Shown: positions 10,059 to 18,583, counted from the first letter of the stretch. The stretch: DNA of 41,130 bases from a bacterium (GCA_021790235.1 JAJYID010000001.1:1-41130); one strand, 5' to 3'. A program made the numbers and translations. The notes: generated from the letters alone by a model not told the origin.

Positions 10059-10182
10059 TGTCATCTCGAGCGATTGCTTGAGGACAAGTCAAGAGACCTC
10101 TTAATCCATTTGAAGTTCAAGAAAAAGAGATTCCTACGCTCGTAGTCTGCCCTGAGCGTAGCTGAACGGGACCGAAATGACA
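10059..10182. repeat. REP-like imperfect palindromic intergenic element
   Basis: Ends TGTCATCTCG...CGAAATGACA form a 9/10 inverted repeat; internal GAGATTCCTACGCTCG and GCCCTGAGCGTAGCTGAACGGG motifs; GC-richer than the flanks. Confidence 0.6.
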
Positions 10183-10233
10183 AGCAGATAGAGTTTTAGA
10201 AGCACATTTAATAAATATCCAAATTTTATTGAA

Positions 10234-10623
10234 TTACTTGTGCTGTTCAAGCCATAACTTTAGTGTATCTTCTTTCTGAAAACCAACGACTCTCGCCTGA
10301 TCTTTTTGGGAAATAAAAGTCGGAGTACCTTCAATGTTGTATTGTTTAGCATAGTCCGGATGATCCAAGATATTCATCGGTTTAACCCTGTAGCCTTGTT
10401 TTGAAAGGTCGGTTAACACCGATTTTTCATCTTGGCAATGTGAACAGTTCGGCGAATAGAAATACATCACTATAGCATTTTGATCAAAATATGGCTCGTT
10501 GTCACCAATAGTGGTTGTATTTTGAGGTTGAACCGGGCTTTCTTTAAATTTCACATAGCCGATAAAGCCGATAAGGCCAACGACCAGAACCCCTATAATG
10601 ATGTATGGAATAAACTTTTTCAT
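10234..10623 (-). CDS. Membrane-anchored thioredoxin family protein
   Basis: N-terminal TM, FYSPNCSHC (CxxC) and cis-Pro loop EGTPTF. Confidence 0.9.
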   Translation of the reverse strand: MKKFIPYIIIGVLVVGLIGFIGYVKFKESPVQPQNTTTIGDNEPYFDQNAIVMYFYSPNCSHCQDEKSVLTDLSKQGYRVKPMNILDHPDYAKQYNIEGTPTFISQKDQARVVGFQKEDTLKLWLEQHK

Positions 10624-10703
10624 TGTTTGCAGGTTAAGTAGGAATTAGTAATTAGTTGATTGGAATCCCGCCTCATTACCTAGCCCATAATATCCTAATT
10701 GCC

Positions 10704-11375
10704 TCACACATACCACCTAAATATTATCACACCCAAAACAATCATTATCAAACCCATTATCAGCTTCATGTGATTTTTTTCCCGCTCCTGCCAGTCCATC
10801 ATTTTCATAGCTACCTTCGGATTTGCCGTAACTATATAAATAATTATGAGAGGCGTAACAAACATTAGGTTATACAAAAGCAGGTATAAAAATCCCTGAA
10901 TGTATGTAGATTTCTGCGAAAGCAAGCCAAGAGTTGCCACATAAATGCCACCGGCACAAGGAAAACCGGAGATCCCGACCAAGACTCCCACAACTGCAGC
11001 AGCCGGCCAAGAAGCTTTGTGTGCCCATTTTAGGATTAGTTGTCTTGATTTATAGGGAATTTTTGTTGAAAAACGGCTGTTTGGGAAAAAGTAATCTTTA
11101 ATGGAAAGAAGGCCGACAACGACAATTATGATTGCACCAATAAAGGTTATTAGGTGTGGTACTCCGAAGAAGAATATGACCCTAATGAGCCCAAGGCCGA
11201 TCAAAAGGTACAAAAGGTAAATTGATAGGATGTAAGCCAAGCTTATCTGAAAAATTTTGATCTTTTCCTTTTTCATGGTGATGAGCATGGAAAGGAAAAT
11301 CAAAAAGATCCCGATTGCGCACGGATTGAAACTATCTATAAGCCCATTTACGATAACCAGCGGCAGCATTCCCAT
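10704..11375 (-). CDS. CcdA/DsbD transmembrane domain-like thiol-redox membrane protein
   Basis: DSFNPCAI and GFPCAGG (two Pro-Cys sites), about 6 TM helices, LYNLMFVTPL; upstream of a thioredoxin. Confidence 0.85.
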   Translation of the reverse strand: MGMLPLVIVNGLIDSFNPCAIGIFLIFLSMLITMKKEKIKIFQISLAYILSIYLLYLLIGLGLIRVIFFFGVPHLITFIGAIIIVVVGLLSIKDYFFPNSRFSTKIPYKSRQLILKWAHKASWPAAAVVGVLVGISGFPCAGGIYVATLGLLSQKSTYIQGFLYLLLYNLMFVTPLIIIYIVTANPKVAMKMMDWQEREKNHMKLIMGLIMIVLGVIIFRWYV

Positions 11376-11406
11376 TAATCAAGATTAAGCCAGATTCAAT
11401 ATTTTT

Positions 11407-11529
11407 TCAAGAAAAAGCACTGGTATCGGCATTGGTGGAAATAGTCACCGAAGCTGCCTGCACCCATGGAACTGAAATGAAACCCAGACAAAGAATAAAT
11501 CCAAAAATGATTAATAAAAGTTTTTTCAT
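11407..11529 (-). CDS. 40-aa ORF consisting mostly of a signal peptide (small exported peptide or remnant N-terminus of the CcdA-like gene)
   Basis: MKKLLLIIFGFILCLGFISVPWVQAASVTISTNADTSAFS*, preceded by AAGGAGG; below the ORF track cutoff. Confidence 0.6.
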   Translation of the reverse strand: MKKLLLIIFGFILCLGFISVPWVQAASVTISTNADTSAFS

Positions 11530-11559
11530 GCCCCTCCTTTAAAGTATTAAAGCAAAATA

Positions 11560-11709
11560 ATGAGAATAAAAAAACTCATTTTTGAACTTAAAACACCCTT
11601 TGATACAATCGCAGAGTGTTCTAATAGTTCTCTATGGCTCCCGGTAGTGGACGATGTTAGAACGGTTTTCACTAAATTAGAGGAGTATGTTTATATCCCG
11701 TCACTTTAA
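11560..11709 (+). pseudogene. Remnant C-terminus of a tRNA-targeting large serine recombinase, including the att core
   Basis: MRIKKLIFELKTPFDTIAECSNSSLWLPVVDDVRTVFTKLEEYVYIPSL*. The WLP codons (TGGCTCCCGG, 11635-11644) match the tRNA-Asn 3' end at 12361-12370. Confidence 0.6.
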
Positions 11710-11710
11710 T

Positions 11711-12277
11711 CTACTCTATAACATCTTTATTATCTGTAAGAATAATCACACCAGTATTATCAAAATAGGGTGTCTTTAATGCTTCTTCCCAAGTCCATTT
11801 GTGATAACTCGCTTGTATCATTTTTGCAATATCGCCGTGGGTAGCAAGTAGGATATTCTTATCGGGATATTCCTTACTAAGTTTTTCGAGTAATTTTTTG
11901 CCTCGCTTCAACAATTCTGGGAAAACTTCACCTTCTTCTAAAAAATAATTTATTTTATCACCTTTATAAACCTTCTTTGCCAATATTGGAATATCCGCAA
12001 CAGGTTTCCCTGTAAAAATTCCAAAATCTCTTTCAATCAACAAATCTTCTTTTATTGGTTCAGGAAAGTCAGCAACTTGTGAAATTATTTGTGCAGTTTC
12101 GAAAGCCCTTTTTAGAGGAGAAGCAAAAACAACATCTATATTTTCACCTTTCAGTTTCAATCCGGTAGTTTTTGCCTGTTCTCTGCCTAACTCGGTCAGC
12201 GGTTTATCTCTGTGACCATTTAGAATTCCGTTAGCATTGTCTTCATCTTGTCCGTGTCTCACAATAAATATTTTCAT
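11711..12277 (-). CDS. Histidine phosphatase (phosphoglycerate mutase-like) family protein
   Basis: IVRHGQ, LTELGREQA, SPLKRAFETA, ERDFG and LATHG motifs; ATG 12277 preferred over TTG 12283. Confidence 0.92.
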   Translation of the reverse strand: MKIFIVRHGQDEDNANGILNGHRDKPLTELGREQAKTTGLKLKGENIDVVFASPLKRAFETAQIISQVADFPEPIKEDLLIERDFGIFTGKPVADIPILAKKVYKGDKINYFLEEGEVFPELLKRGKKLLEKLSKEYPDKNILLATHGDIAKMIQASYHKWTWEEALKTPYFDNTGVIILTDNKDVIE

Positions 12278-12332
12278 AAACAAATTTTACCACAATTTTA
12301 ACGGTTCTAACTCACGACTTGGGGTATAAAAA

Positions 12333-12354
12333 TAATGGCTTTATTTAGCCATTA
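12333..12354 (-). terminator. Intrinsic terminator downstream of tRNA-Asn
   Basis: taatggct-ttattt-agccatta hairpin followed on the minus strand by TTTTT. Confidence 0.6.
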
Positions 12355-12360
12355 AATTTT

Positions 12361-12435
12361 TGGCTCCCGGGGTCGGATTCGAACCGACGACCAATTGGTT
12401 AACAGCCAACTGCTCTACCACTGAGCTACCCGGGA
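12361..12435 (-). tRNA. tRNA-Asn (GTT)
   Basis: Reverse complement TCCCGGGTAGCTCAGTGGTAGAGCAGTTGGCTGTTAACCAATTGGTCGTCGGTTCGAATCCGACCCCGGGAGCCA folds as a cloverleaf with GTT anticodon and encoded CCA. Confidence 0.98.
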
Positions 12436-12543
12436 TTAAATTTTGAAGTACAAATACTGGAATATTATAGCGAAAATAGCGCAAAAAATCAATTCTAAAA
12501 GATTTTGGGCTGCCTAACATAAAGCCAGGCAGCCCTTGGTGTT

Positions 12544-12756
12544 TCATTTCGAAACCTCCTGTTCGATTTCGGCAAAAAGGGCCCGAATCTCCTCAACTGT
12601 GTAACTGGCAAGAAGTTTAATTAATCTGTAACCGGGTTTTTGCATTCTCTTAAACTTGCCTTCCGTCCTTGCTAGAAGAAATTGATAGGCATAATCCTCA
12701 ACCGTTAAGGAATCTTCGGTCGGTATTGGTGCATTCTCACACCCAATGTAGAACAT
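12544..12756 (-). CDS. Hypothetical small protein (70 aa)
   Basis: ATG preceded by GAAGGGAG; lies 11 nt downstream of the upstream ORF; no recognisable motif. Confidence 0.6.
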   Translation of the reverse strand: MFYIGCENAPIPTEDSLTVEDYAYQFLLARTEGKFKRMQKPGYRLIKLLASYTVEEIRALFAEIEQEVSK

Positions 12757-12767
12757 CTTTCTCCCTT

Positions 12768-13010
12768 CTATCGGTTTACTTTGGCATACTCTTCATTAAG
12801 GATTACCGCAAGACGTAAACTACTACCTCGATCATGAATGTATTTTGCAGACAAATCTGCAATTCTTATTAGCTGCTCAGCTTCACTCCCGGATTTTTGA
12901 TAATCCCGAATGGCTTGTCTCAATTCACGTTCGATTTCCTTCAACCTTTCTTCCACCTCCGATATAGCATTCCCCCTAATTTTTAATGGCCCATGGCAAA
13001 ATGCGTTCAT
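12768..13010 (-). CDS. Hypothetical small helical protein (80 aa)
   Basis: ATG 13010 preceded by GAAGGGAG (preferred over TTG 13040); coiled-coil-like EVEERLKEIERELRQAI. Confidence 0.6.
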   Translation of the reverse strand: MNAFCHGPLKIRGNAISEVEERLKEIERELRQAIRDYQKSGSEAEQLIRIADLSAKYIHDRGSSLRLAVILNEEYAKVNR

Positions 13011-13081
13011 CTCTTCTCCCTTCTTCCGAAATCTTTCCAAGGTACAAAAATGTCCAGCAAACGCAAATAGCTACTTTTTTG

Positions 13082-13111
13082 AAATAAAAAATAGCCCCGC
13101 TTTGCAGGACT
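13082..13111 (-). terminator. Leader (attenuator) terminator hairpin
   Basis: Minus strand AGTCCTGC-AAA-GCGGGGCT followed by ATTTTTTATTT, between a promoter and the two small ORFs. Confidence 0.7.
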
Positions 13112-13146
13112 CTTACTTTTGATTCAACAAATAGAAACCCGCAAAG

Positions 13147-13185
13147 CTAAGCCTTGAAGGTAAACCAGTATTTTGTTTGAATCAT
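13147..13185 (-). CDS. Putative 12-aa leader peptide MIQTKYWFTFKA
   Basis: ATG ATT CAA ACA AAA TAC TGG TTT ACC TTC AAG GCT TAG, directly after the promoter and directly before an antiterminator segment. Confidence 0.5.
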   Translation of the reverse strand: MIQTKYWFTFKA

Positions 13186-13204
13186 TTTTCTTTTCACGAA
13201 AGTT

Positions 13205-13233
13205 ATTATAATACAAACATAAAATCTTTACAA
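13205..13233 (-). promoter_or_regulatory. Near-consensus sigma70 promoter
   Basis: Minus strand TTGTAA-17 nt-TATAAT. Confidence 0.75.
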
Positions 13234-13249
13234 TATTTTTTTCGAATAC

Positions 13250-13277
13250 TGCTACACTAGACTGGTTTAGTGTAGCA
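13250..13277. other. Inverted repeat downstream of the VanW gene (possible terminator or operator)
   Basis: tgctacacta-8 nt-tagtgtagca perfect 10-bp stem; no immediate U tract. Confidence 0.45.
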
Positions 13278-13365
13278 CGCATTACATTTTTAAAAATTTA
13301 GGTTTGAGATTTGGTTTCATGTCTGCCGCGAAACAAGGAAATTGTTACTTGAAAATTGAAAATTT

Positions 13366-15114
13366 TTAATGCGGGTATTTGTCCGGAGAATCGTACTTAG
13401 AAACCCAGAAATTTTTCTTGATGAGATTGCCGGCAGTATCATAGATAAACCTGTAAAAAGTGGCTGTAAAAGATTTGGGGCCACGCACGTCTTGCTCAGT
13501 GATGGTCGGTGTTATCCCTTCTACTGTAGGTGAAACCCCCTGGGTTCCATCTGCATTCCCGGCAAATTTGATTGATCCCGGTTTCTTGGTACCGTAAAAA
13601 TCAAAATAAAGTTTGTTGTCCAAAATCCGGGTTTGAATCAGGATATAGCCAGGGGTATCATTTTTGAAAATTAAATCTGGCGACGGCAGGTAGATTGTTG
13701 CATCTACGCCATAAGGCTTGTAATAACCTACTGGATAAGCATGGGCGGCACGCTCTAGGATGGGCAGCCCGGCATTCAAGGCGGCTCGAAAAGCAGTTGT
13801 GGATACCTGGCAAAGCCCGCCGCCGTACTCCGGCACCGTTTTGTCTTTCAAAATAACCAGTTCCGGCAGATAACCGGTTGAAGCATCAACATTTCCCAGG
13901 GTATCGTCAAAAGAGAAATCTTCGCCTGGCTTAATCAAAACCCCATTGAATCTGGCTGCTCCAACATCAATATTATGAATTCTGTTTGATGGTGAACCGG
14001 AGAAGTCCGTCCAGCCAGTCGATACCAGTTCTTTAATACCTAATTTATCAAGGTTGTCACCGGTAACATCCGGCCTGGTTACCACAGTCGGAATATCTAT
14101 ATTATTGTCCCCTCCTTCTAAGGCCTGCCTAATGTCACCAACCAAGTCGTCAACCTCTACTTTTTCGCCATTTACGCTAGGCACAACAACCATAAGCTTA
14201 TCCCCATCCATAGCAAGCTTCGCATTTTGCGGGGATTTATTAATATTATTAGAAAAAGATATTACCCAGCTATTAATCGCATCATCTCTAAATGCCAATC
14301 GAACCATTTGATCCAAACTTGAAAAAATCTGAGAGAAGTTTGTTTTATATGCCAAAGATTCACCACTTTCTGTTTTGAAACCCATAAAACCAGTTATATC
14401 ATCATCACTTAAAGTATAGTCCACTCCATCGCCCTTTAAGCTTATTTTGCGGGTAAGAGCATCCTGAATTTGATTCCTTACCAAGTTTATATCATCTTCT
14501 GTAACACTTGGTTTTATCACCGCAACTTTTAAACTAAACTGGTTCTGAAACCTACCTAAACCGTTTTCTATCATTTCAATATTCTCTCCTAAAAGAACCC
14601 GCCTGCCCAAATGTTCTTTTTGAACTTTAATCTTACCATCTTGCATGGAAATGCCAGCCTCGTCAACTTCCTGATTTTCTTTTTGAGTAGCATTGAAGAG
14701 AGCTCCCGTTAATTTATCTTGATCAACTTTAACTACTGCGGGAATATTCTCGTGATACTCCTTGATAGGGTTTAGGCTATTATTTCTGCCTATTTGGAAA
14801 GCATTATCTGCGCTCTTTTGAATATCATAGCTCACACCCAGACTGTCTTGAGAGTATTTATATTGGTTTTGGCCACTCAAAACAATATTATCCGGTAAAC
14901 CTTTTATTTTTTTTGAAAGACTTTTTGCCGCTTCTGCTCTTGTTTCCCCGCCAAGATCGACACCCGCGACCTTTACACCAGGGTAAATTCTGTTTTCATA
15001 CTTTGCGGAGTTAAAAAATAGAGTTCCAACATAAATAAAAGCTAAGACAAACAAAGCAATGTAAACATACATCACTATCTGTTTGCTTGATAATTTATTA
15101 TATTTCTTTGCCAA
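13366..15114 (-). CDS. VanW/YoaR family protein with peptidoglycan-binding domains
   Basis: N-terminal TM, IYPGVKVAGVDLGG, NRIHNI, FSFDDTLG, YGGGLCQVSTTAFRAALNAGL, GVDATIY and DLIFKNDT motifs. Confidence 0.93.
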   Translation of the reverse strand: MAKKYNKLSSKQIVMYVYIALFVLAFIYVGTLFFNSAKYENRIYPGVKVAGVDLGGETRAEAAKSLSKKIKGLPDNIVLSGQNQYKYSQDSLGVSYDIQKSADNAFQIGRNNSLNPIKEYHENIPAVVKVDQDKLTGALFNATQKENQEVDEAGISMQDGKIKVQKEHLGRRVLLGENIEMIENGLGRFQNQFSLKVAVIKPSVTEDDINLVRNQIQDALTRKISLKGDGVDYTLSDDDITGFMGFKTESGESLAYKTNFSQIFSSLDQMVRLAFRDDAINSWVISFSNNINKSPQNAKLAMDGDKLMVVVPSVNGEKVEVDDLVGDIRQALEGGDNNIDIPTVVTRPDVTGDNLDKLGIKELVSTGWTDFSGSPSNRIHNIDVGAARFNGVLIKPGEDFSFDDTLGNVDASTGYLPELVILKDKTVPEYGGGLCQVSTTAFRAALNAGLPILERAAHAYPVGYYKPYGVDATIYLPSPDLIFKNDTPGYILIQTRILDNKLYFDFYGTKKPGSIKFAGNADGTQGVSPTVEGITPTITEQDVRGPKSFTATFYRFIYDTAGNLIKKNFWVSKYDSPDKYPH

Positions 15115-15115
15115 A

Positions 15116-15346
15116 TTATTCTTCCTTTAAAACTTCGTTAAGTACCTCTTTAGCTAAAGACTCTTGATCCTGAAGTTCAGTATGTTCATCCTTAATTTCA
15201 ATAAAAAGATTATCGCCTACTTCTACTCTTCCCGGTAGCATATCTTGAGGGATTTCAAAACTTCGCCCATCGCTTTTCAATGTTGCAGAGCTACCGTCAA
15301 TACTTTCTAAGATAACTTTTGCTTTTTTCATTATATTCATGTTCAT
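15116..15346 (-). CDS. Small conserved protein (DUF3006-like)
   Basis: LESIDGSSATL...IPQDMLP...GD pattern with C-terminal LAKEVLNEVL; 1 nt from the VanW start. Confidence 0.55.
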   Translation of the reverse strand: MNMNIMKKAKVILESIDGSSATLKSDGRSFEIPQDMLPGRVEVGDNLFIEIKDEHTELQDQESLAKEVLNEVLKEE

Positions 15347-15395
15347 AATATCACTTTAAGATACTGTTCGTAAACGCTAAGCGCTTTACCAGGCT

Positions 15396-15424
15396 AAAAA
15401 AGGACCCGAAACCGGGCCCTTTTA
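15396..15424 (-). terminator. Intrinsic terminator of hppA
   Basis: Minus strand AAAAGGGCCCG-GTTT-CGGGTCCTTTTTT. Confidence 0.8.
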
Positions 15425-15442
15425 CTGGTTGCAAAACAAACC

Positions 15443-17461
15443 CTAGAACATTAAGCTTACCAAAAGGAGAGCCACAATGTTTAAAATCTTAATCATTGGA
15501 TTAATAGCCGGTCCTGCAGTATCTTTGTAAGGATCTCCAACTGTATCCCCGGTCACAGCAGCCTGATGAGCCAACGATCCCTTGCCGCCAAAGTTTCCGT
15601 CTTCTATGTATTTTTTGGCATTGTCCCATGCCCCACCGCCTGAAGTCATACTTATTGCTACGAAAATTCCGGTAATAATAGAGCCTACCAGCAAACCGCC
15701 GATCATTTTCGGCGCCACTTCATCACCTAGTGATTTACCGATAAGAACTATGAAAATAGGCGCAACCACAGGGAGAAGTGCCGGTACAATCATTTGTTTG
15801 ATAGCAGACTTTGTCACAATATCGACGCATTTTCCATATTCAGGCTTGCTTTTACCGGTCATAATACCTTTAATCTCTTTGAACTGTCTCCGCACTTCCG
15901 TCACTACAGCGCCAGCGGCTTTCCCGACAGCTTCCATAGAAAGAGCAGCAAAAATATAAGGCAGAAGTCCGCCAAGGAATAGTCCGACCAAAACATAAGG
16001 GTCAGAAATAGTAAAGTCTATATTTACTCCACCGGCTTTTATAAGCTCTTCAGTGAAGGCAGAGAAAAGAACTATCGCTGCCAACCCGGCAGAAGCTATA
16101 GCGTAACCTTTAGTTACAGCCTTGGTTGTATTACCGACAGCATCTAAAGGATCAGTGATTGCCCTAACCTTAGCAGGAAGCTCGGCCATCTCTGCTATTC
16201 CACCTGCATTATCTGTAATAGGTCCATATGAATCAATAGTTATAATAATTCCAGCCATCGAGAGCATACTCATAACTGCCACAGCCACACCGTAGATATT
16301 GGCTAAACTGAAGGAGATAATAATAGCCACACCTATCAAAAGAACAGGGAGAACAGTGGATTTCATACTAACGGCTAAACCGGTAATAATATTTGTACCA
16401 TGACCATTCTCAGAAGATGCGGCAATAGACCTGACTGGCTTATACTTAGTTGAAGTGAAATATTCGGTAATTAACACCATACCTGCAGTCACTGCCAAAC
16501 CAACTAATGAAGCAAGGAATAGATTTTCAGGCGTATATAAACCATTCCCGGCCATCAGCTTTTGGGTAACAAAATAAAACATTAATGCTGAAATGCCGGC
16601 AGAAACTATTAAACCCTTATAAAGTGCGCCCATGATATTTTTGCTATTACCTAACTTGATGAAAAATGAACCAATAATAGAGGCAATAATGGAAACTCCG
16701 CCGATAACAAGCGGGAAATAAACAGCATTTTGGAAATCACCAAATACAAGTGTGCCGAGAAGAATTGCCGCCACCGCTGTAACTGCGTAAGTTTCGAAAA
16801 GGTCCGCCGCCATACCGGCACAGTCACCAACATTATCACCTACGTTATCCGCGATAACGGCAGGATTTCTGGGATCGTCTTCCGGAATACCTGCTTCAAC
16901 TTTACCGACAAGATCAGCCCCTACATCAGCCCCTTTGGTATAAATACCGCCGCCAAGTCTGGCAAAAACTGAGATTAAGGACCCTCCAAAGCCAAGACCC
17001 ACGAGAGCTTTTGCATCATGCGTAACCATCCAAAAAAGCGTAATAACAAGAAGCGCGAGCCCGACTACTAGAAATCCGGTTACAGCCCCGCCTTTCACGG
17101 CCACCTCTAGGGCTTCTTTCATACCTTTCTTAGCCGCCTCAGTCGTTCTGACATTAGCTCTTACCGAGATATTCATACCAATGTAACCAGCCAGAGCAGA
17201 AGCCGCAGCGCCGATTAAAAATCCGAAGGCAGTGTTTACCCCTAAGGTGAAAAGAAGAACCCCAAAGACAACTACCGCTACTAAAAAGATGGTTTTGTAT
17301 TGCCTATTTAAATATGCTTTCGCACCTTCCTGGATCGCGGATGCGATTTCCTTCATCTTTTCATTTCCCTCGTCTTTGCTTAAAATCCATTTAATAAGGT
17401 ACACACCGTATAAAATACTGATCACTGAAGCACCAAGCGCAAACAGAAGATAACTGTTCAT
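15443..17461 (-). CDS. hppA: Membrane-bound ion-translocating pyrophosphatase (K+-independent H+-PPase type)
   Basis: [46 protein letters not shown] and [14 protein letters not shown] motifs. Confidence 0.97.
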   Translation of the reverse strand: MNSYLLFALGASVISILYGVYLIKWILSKDEGNEKMKEIASAIQEGAKAYLNRQYKTIFLVAVVVFGVLLFTLGVNTAFGFLIGAAASALAGYIGMNISVRANVRTTEAAKKGMKEALEVAVKGGAVTGFLVVGLALLVITLFWMVTHDAKALVGLGFGGSLISVFARLGGGIYTKGADVGADLVGKVEAGIPEDDPRNPAVIADNVGDNVGDCAGMAADLFETYAVTAVAAILLGTLVFGDFQNAVYFPLVIGGVSIIASIIGSFFIKLGNSKNIMGALYKGLIVSAGISALMFYFVTQKLMAGNGLYTPENLFLASLVGLAVTAGMVLITEYFTSTKYKPVRSIAASSENGHGTNIITGLAVSMKSTVLPVLLIGVAIIISFSLANIYGVAVAVMSMLSMAGIIITIDSYGPITDNAGGIAEMAELPAKVRAITDPLDAVGNTTKAVTKGYAIASAGLAAIVLFSAFTEELIKAGGVNIDFTISDPYVLVGLFLGGLLPYIFAALSMEAVGKAAGAVVTEVRRQFKEIKGIMTGKSKPEYGKCVDIVTKSAIKQMIVPALLPVVAPIFIVLIGKSLGDEVAPKMIGGLLVGSIITGIFVAISMTSGGGAWDNAKKYIEDGNFGGKGSLAHQAAVTGDTVGDPYKDTAGPAINPMIKILNIVALLLVSLMF

Positions 17462-17575
17462 TCCTTCTTTTCTCCTTTCAGAAAATATATAAATTTATTT
17501 TGTATTTAAAAAAAGCTTTCCCTTTCGAAAACCCTCGTGAATTTATCCTAGCACAAACTCAAAGAAGATTCCAGA

Positions 17576-18583
17576 CTATTTTTTCGGCCGGTGCTGACGG
17601 GCCAGCATAAAAGACAGGGCCACTATGATTCCAACGGTTATGATAAAAAGGATCACGGCATCTTTAGGCTTCAATCTAGTTGAAAAAATAGCCACAAAAC
17701 CGAGAAGGACAGTTACATAATAAATGAAAGTGACTGCCTTTCTTTCTGTAAATCCAAGGTCAAGCAGCCGGTGATGAAGATGGCCCCGATCTGCCACAAA
17801 GATTTTTTGGCCGTTTTTAGTACGGCGAACTATAGCAAAAATGGTATCAAAAATAGGAATAGCTAATATCATAACCGGCGCCAAGATGACAAATGTGGCT
17901 GCAACTTTGGTCACTCCGAGGATAGCCAAACCGGCAAGAGAAAAACCTAAGAATTGAGATCCAGTATCTCCGATAAACATTTTTTTCTTCTTAGCAAAAT
18001 TATGGGGCAAAAATCCAACCGTAGCCGCAGCCAATATGAATGCTATGGCAGCTACATCTCCTCTGCCTTGCCCTAGAGCCACTATCCCAAGCACCACAGC
18101 CACGATTGCTCCCACTCCACCAGATAGACCATCTAAACCATCAATTAAATTTATGGCATTAGTAATGCCAAGAAGCCACATGAAAGTGAGAGGTATGGAC
18201 AATATACCTATATGGATTATACTGTCATGTCCCGTTACAAACTCAATTGTCAGCCCTAGATACATCGCAAGACCGGTTGCAATTATTTGTCCGAGAAGCT
18301 TATACCGGGCTCGAATATCGAAAATATCATCAATAAGCCCCATAAAAAACATAAGAGTCGCCCCGACATAGAAACCAAGGAACTCCCCGTGCGAGCCCAC
18401 AAACAATAAAGAAGCTAAAATAACCGTAATAAAAATAGCTATTCCCCCACCCTCCGGAATAGCCTCCTTATGAACCTTCCTTTCGCTCGGTGCTGCCAAA
18501 ACATTGAAACGTATCAGAGCTTTTCTGACAGCAATACAAAGAAGATAGCTAAGCACAAAACTAAAAACCAAAACTTCTATCAT
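17576..18583 (-). CDS. Undecaprenyl-phosphate GlcNAc-1-phosphate transferase (WecA/TagO, MraY family)
   Basis: RKVH..IP..GGIAI, GLIDD, NAINLIDGLDGL, FIGDTGS and DRGHLHHRL motifs. Confidence 0.93.
   Translation of the reverse strand: MIEVLVFSFVLSYLLCIAVRKALIRFNVLAAPSERKVHKEAIPEGGGIAIFITVILASLLFVGSHGEFLGFYVGATLMFFMGLIDDIFDIRARYKLLGQIIATGLAMYLGLTIEFVTGHDSIIHIGILSIPLTFMWLLGITNAINLIDGLDGLSGGVGAIVAVVLGIVALGQGRGDVAAIAFILAAATVGFLPHNFAKKKKMFIGDTGSQFLGFSLAGLAILGVTKVAATFVILAPVMILAIPIFDTIFAIVRRTKNGQKIFVADRGHLHHRLLDLGFTERKAVTFIYYVTVLLGFVAIFSTRLKPKDAVILFIITVGIIVALSFMLARQHRPKK

Noticed and set aside
9973-10092. N-terminal extension of SOD given in the ORF track
   Set aside because: It reads through the REP-like element; ATG 9972 has a strong RBS and gives a normal SOD length.
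11407-11409. UGA recoding (genetic code 25) joining the signal-peptide ORF to ccdA
   Set aside because: Read-through stays out of frame with ccdA, and TGA acts as a normal stop for tilS, murJ and others.
12298-12327. Second, inverted recombinase-tail-like motif (GTTAGAACCGTT, resembling 11656-11667)
   Set aside because: Short imperfect match with an in-frame stop; compatible with chance.
12341-12547. 68-aa ORF on the minus strand
   Set aside because: It runs through the tRNA-Asn gene and its promoter region; spurious.
13366-15114. Vancomycin resistance locus
   Set aside because: VanW-domain proteins are widespread and no vanHAX or vanRS genes are present.
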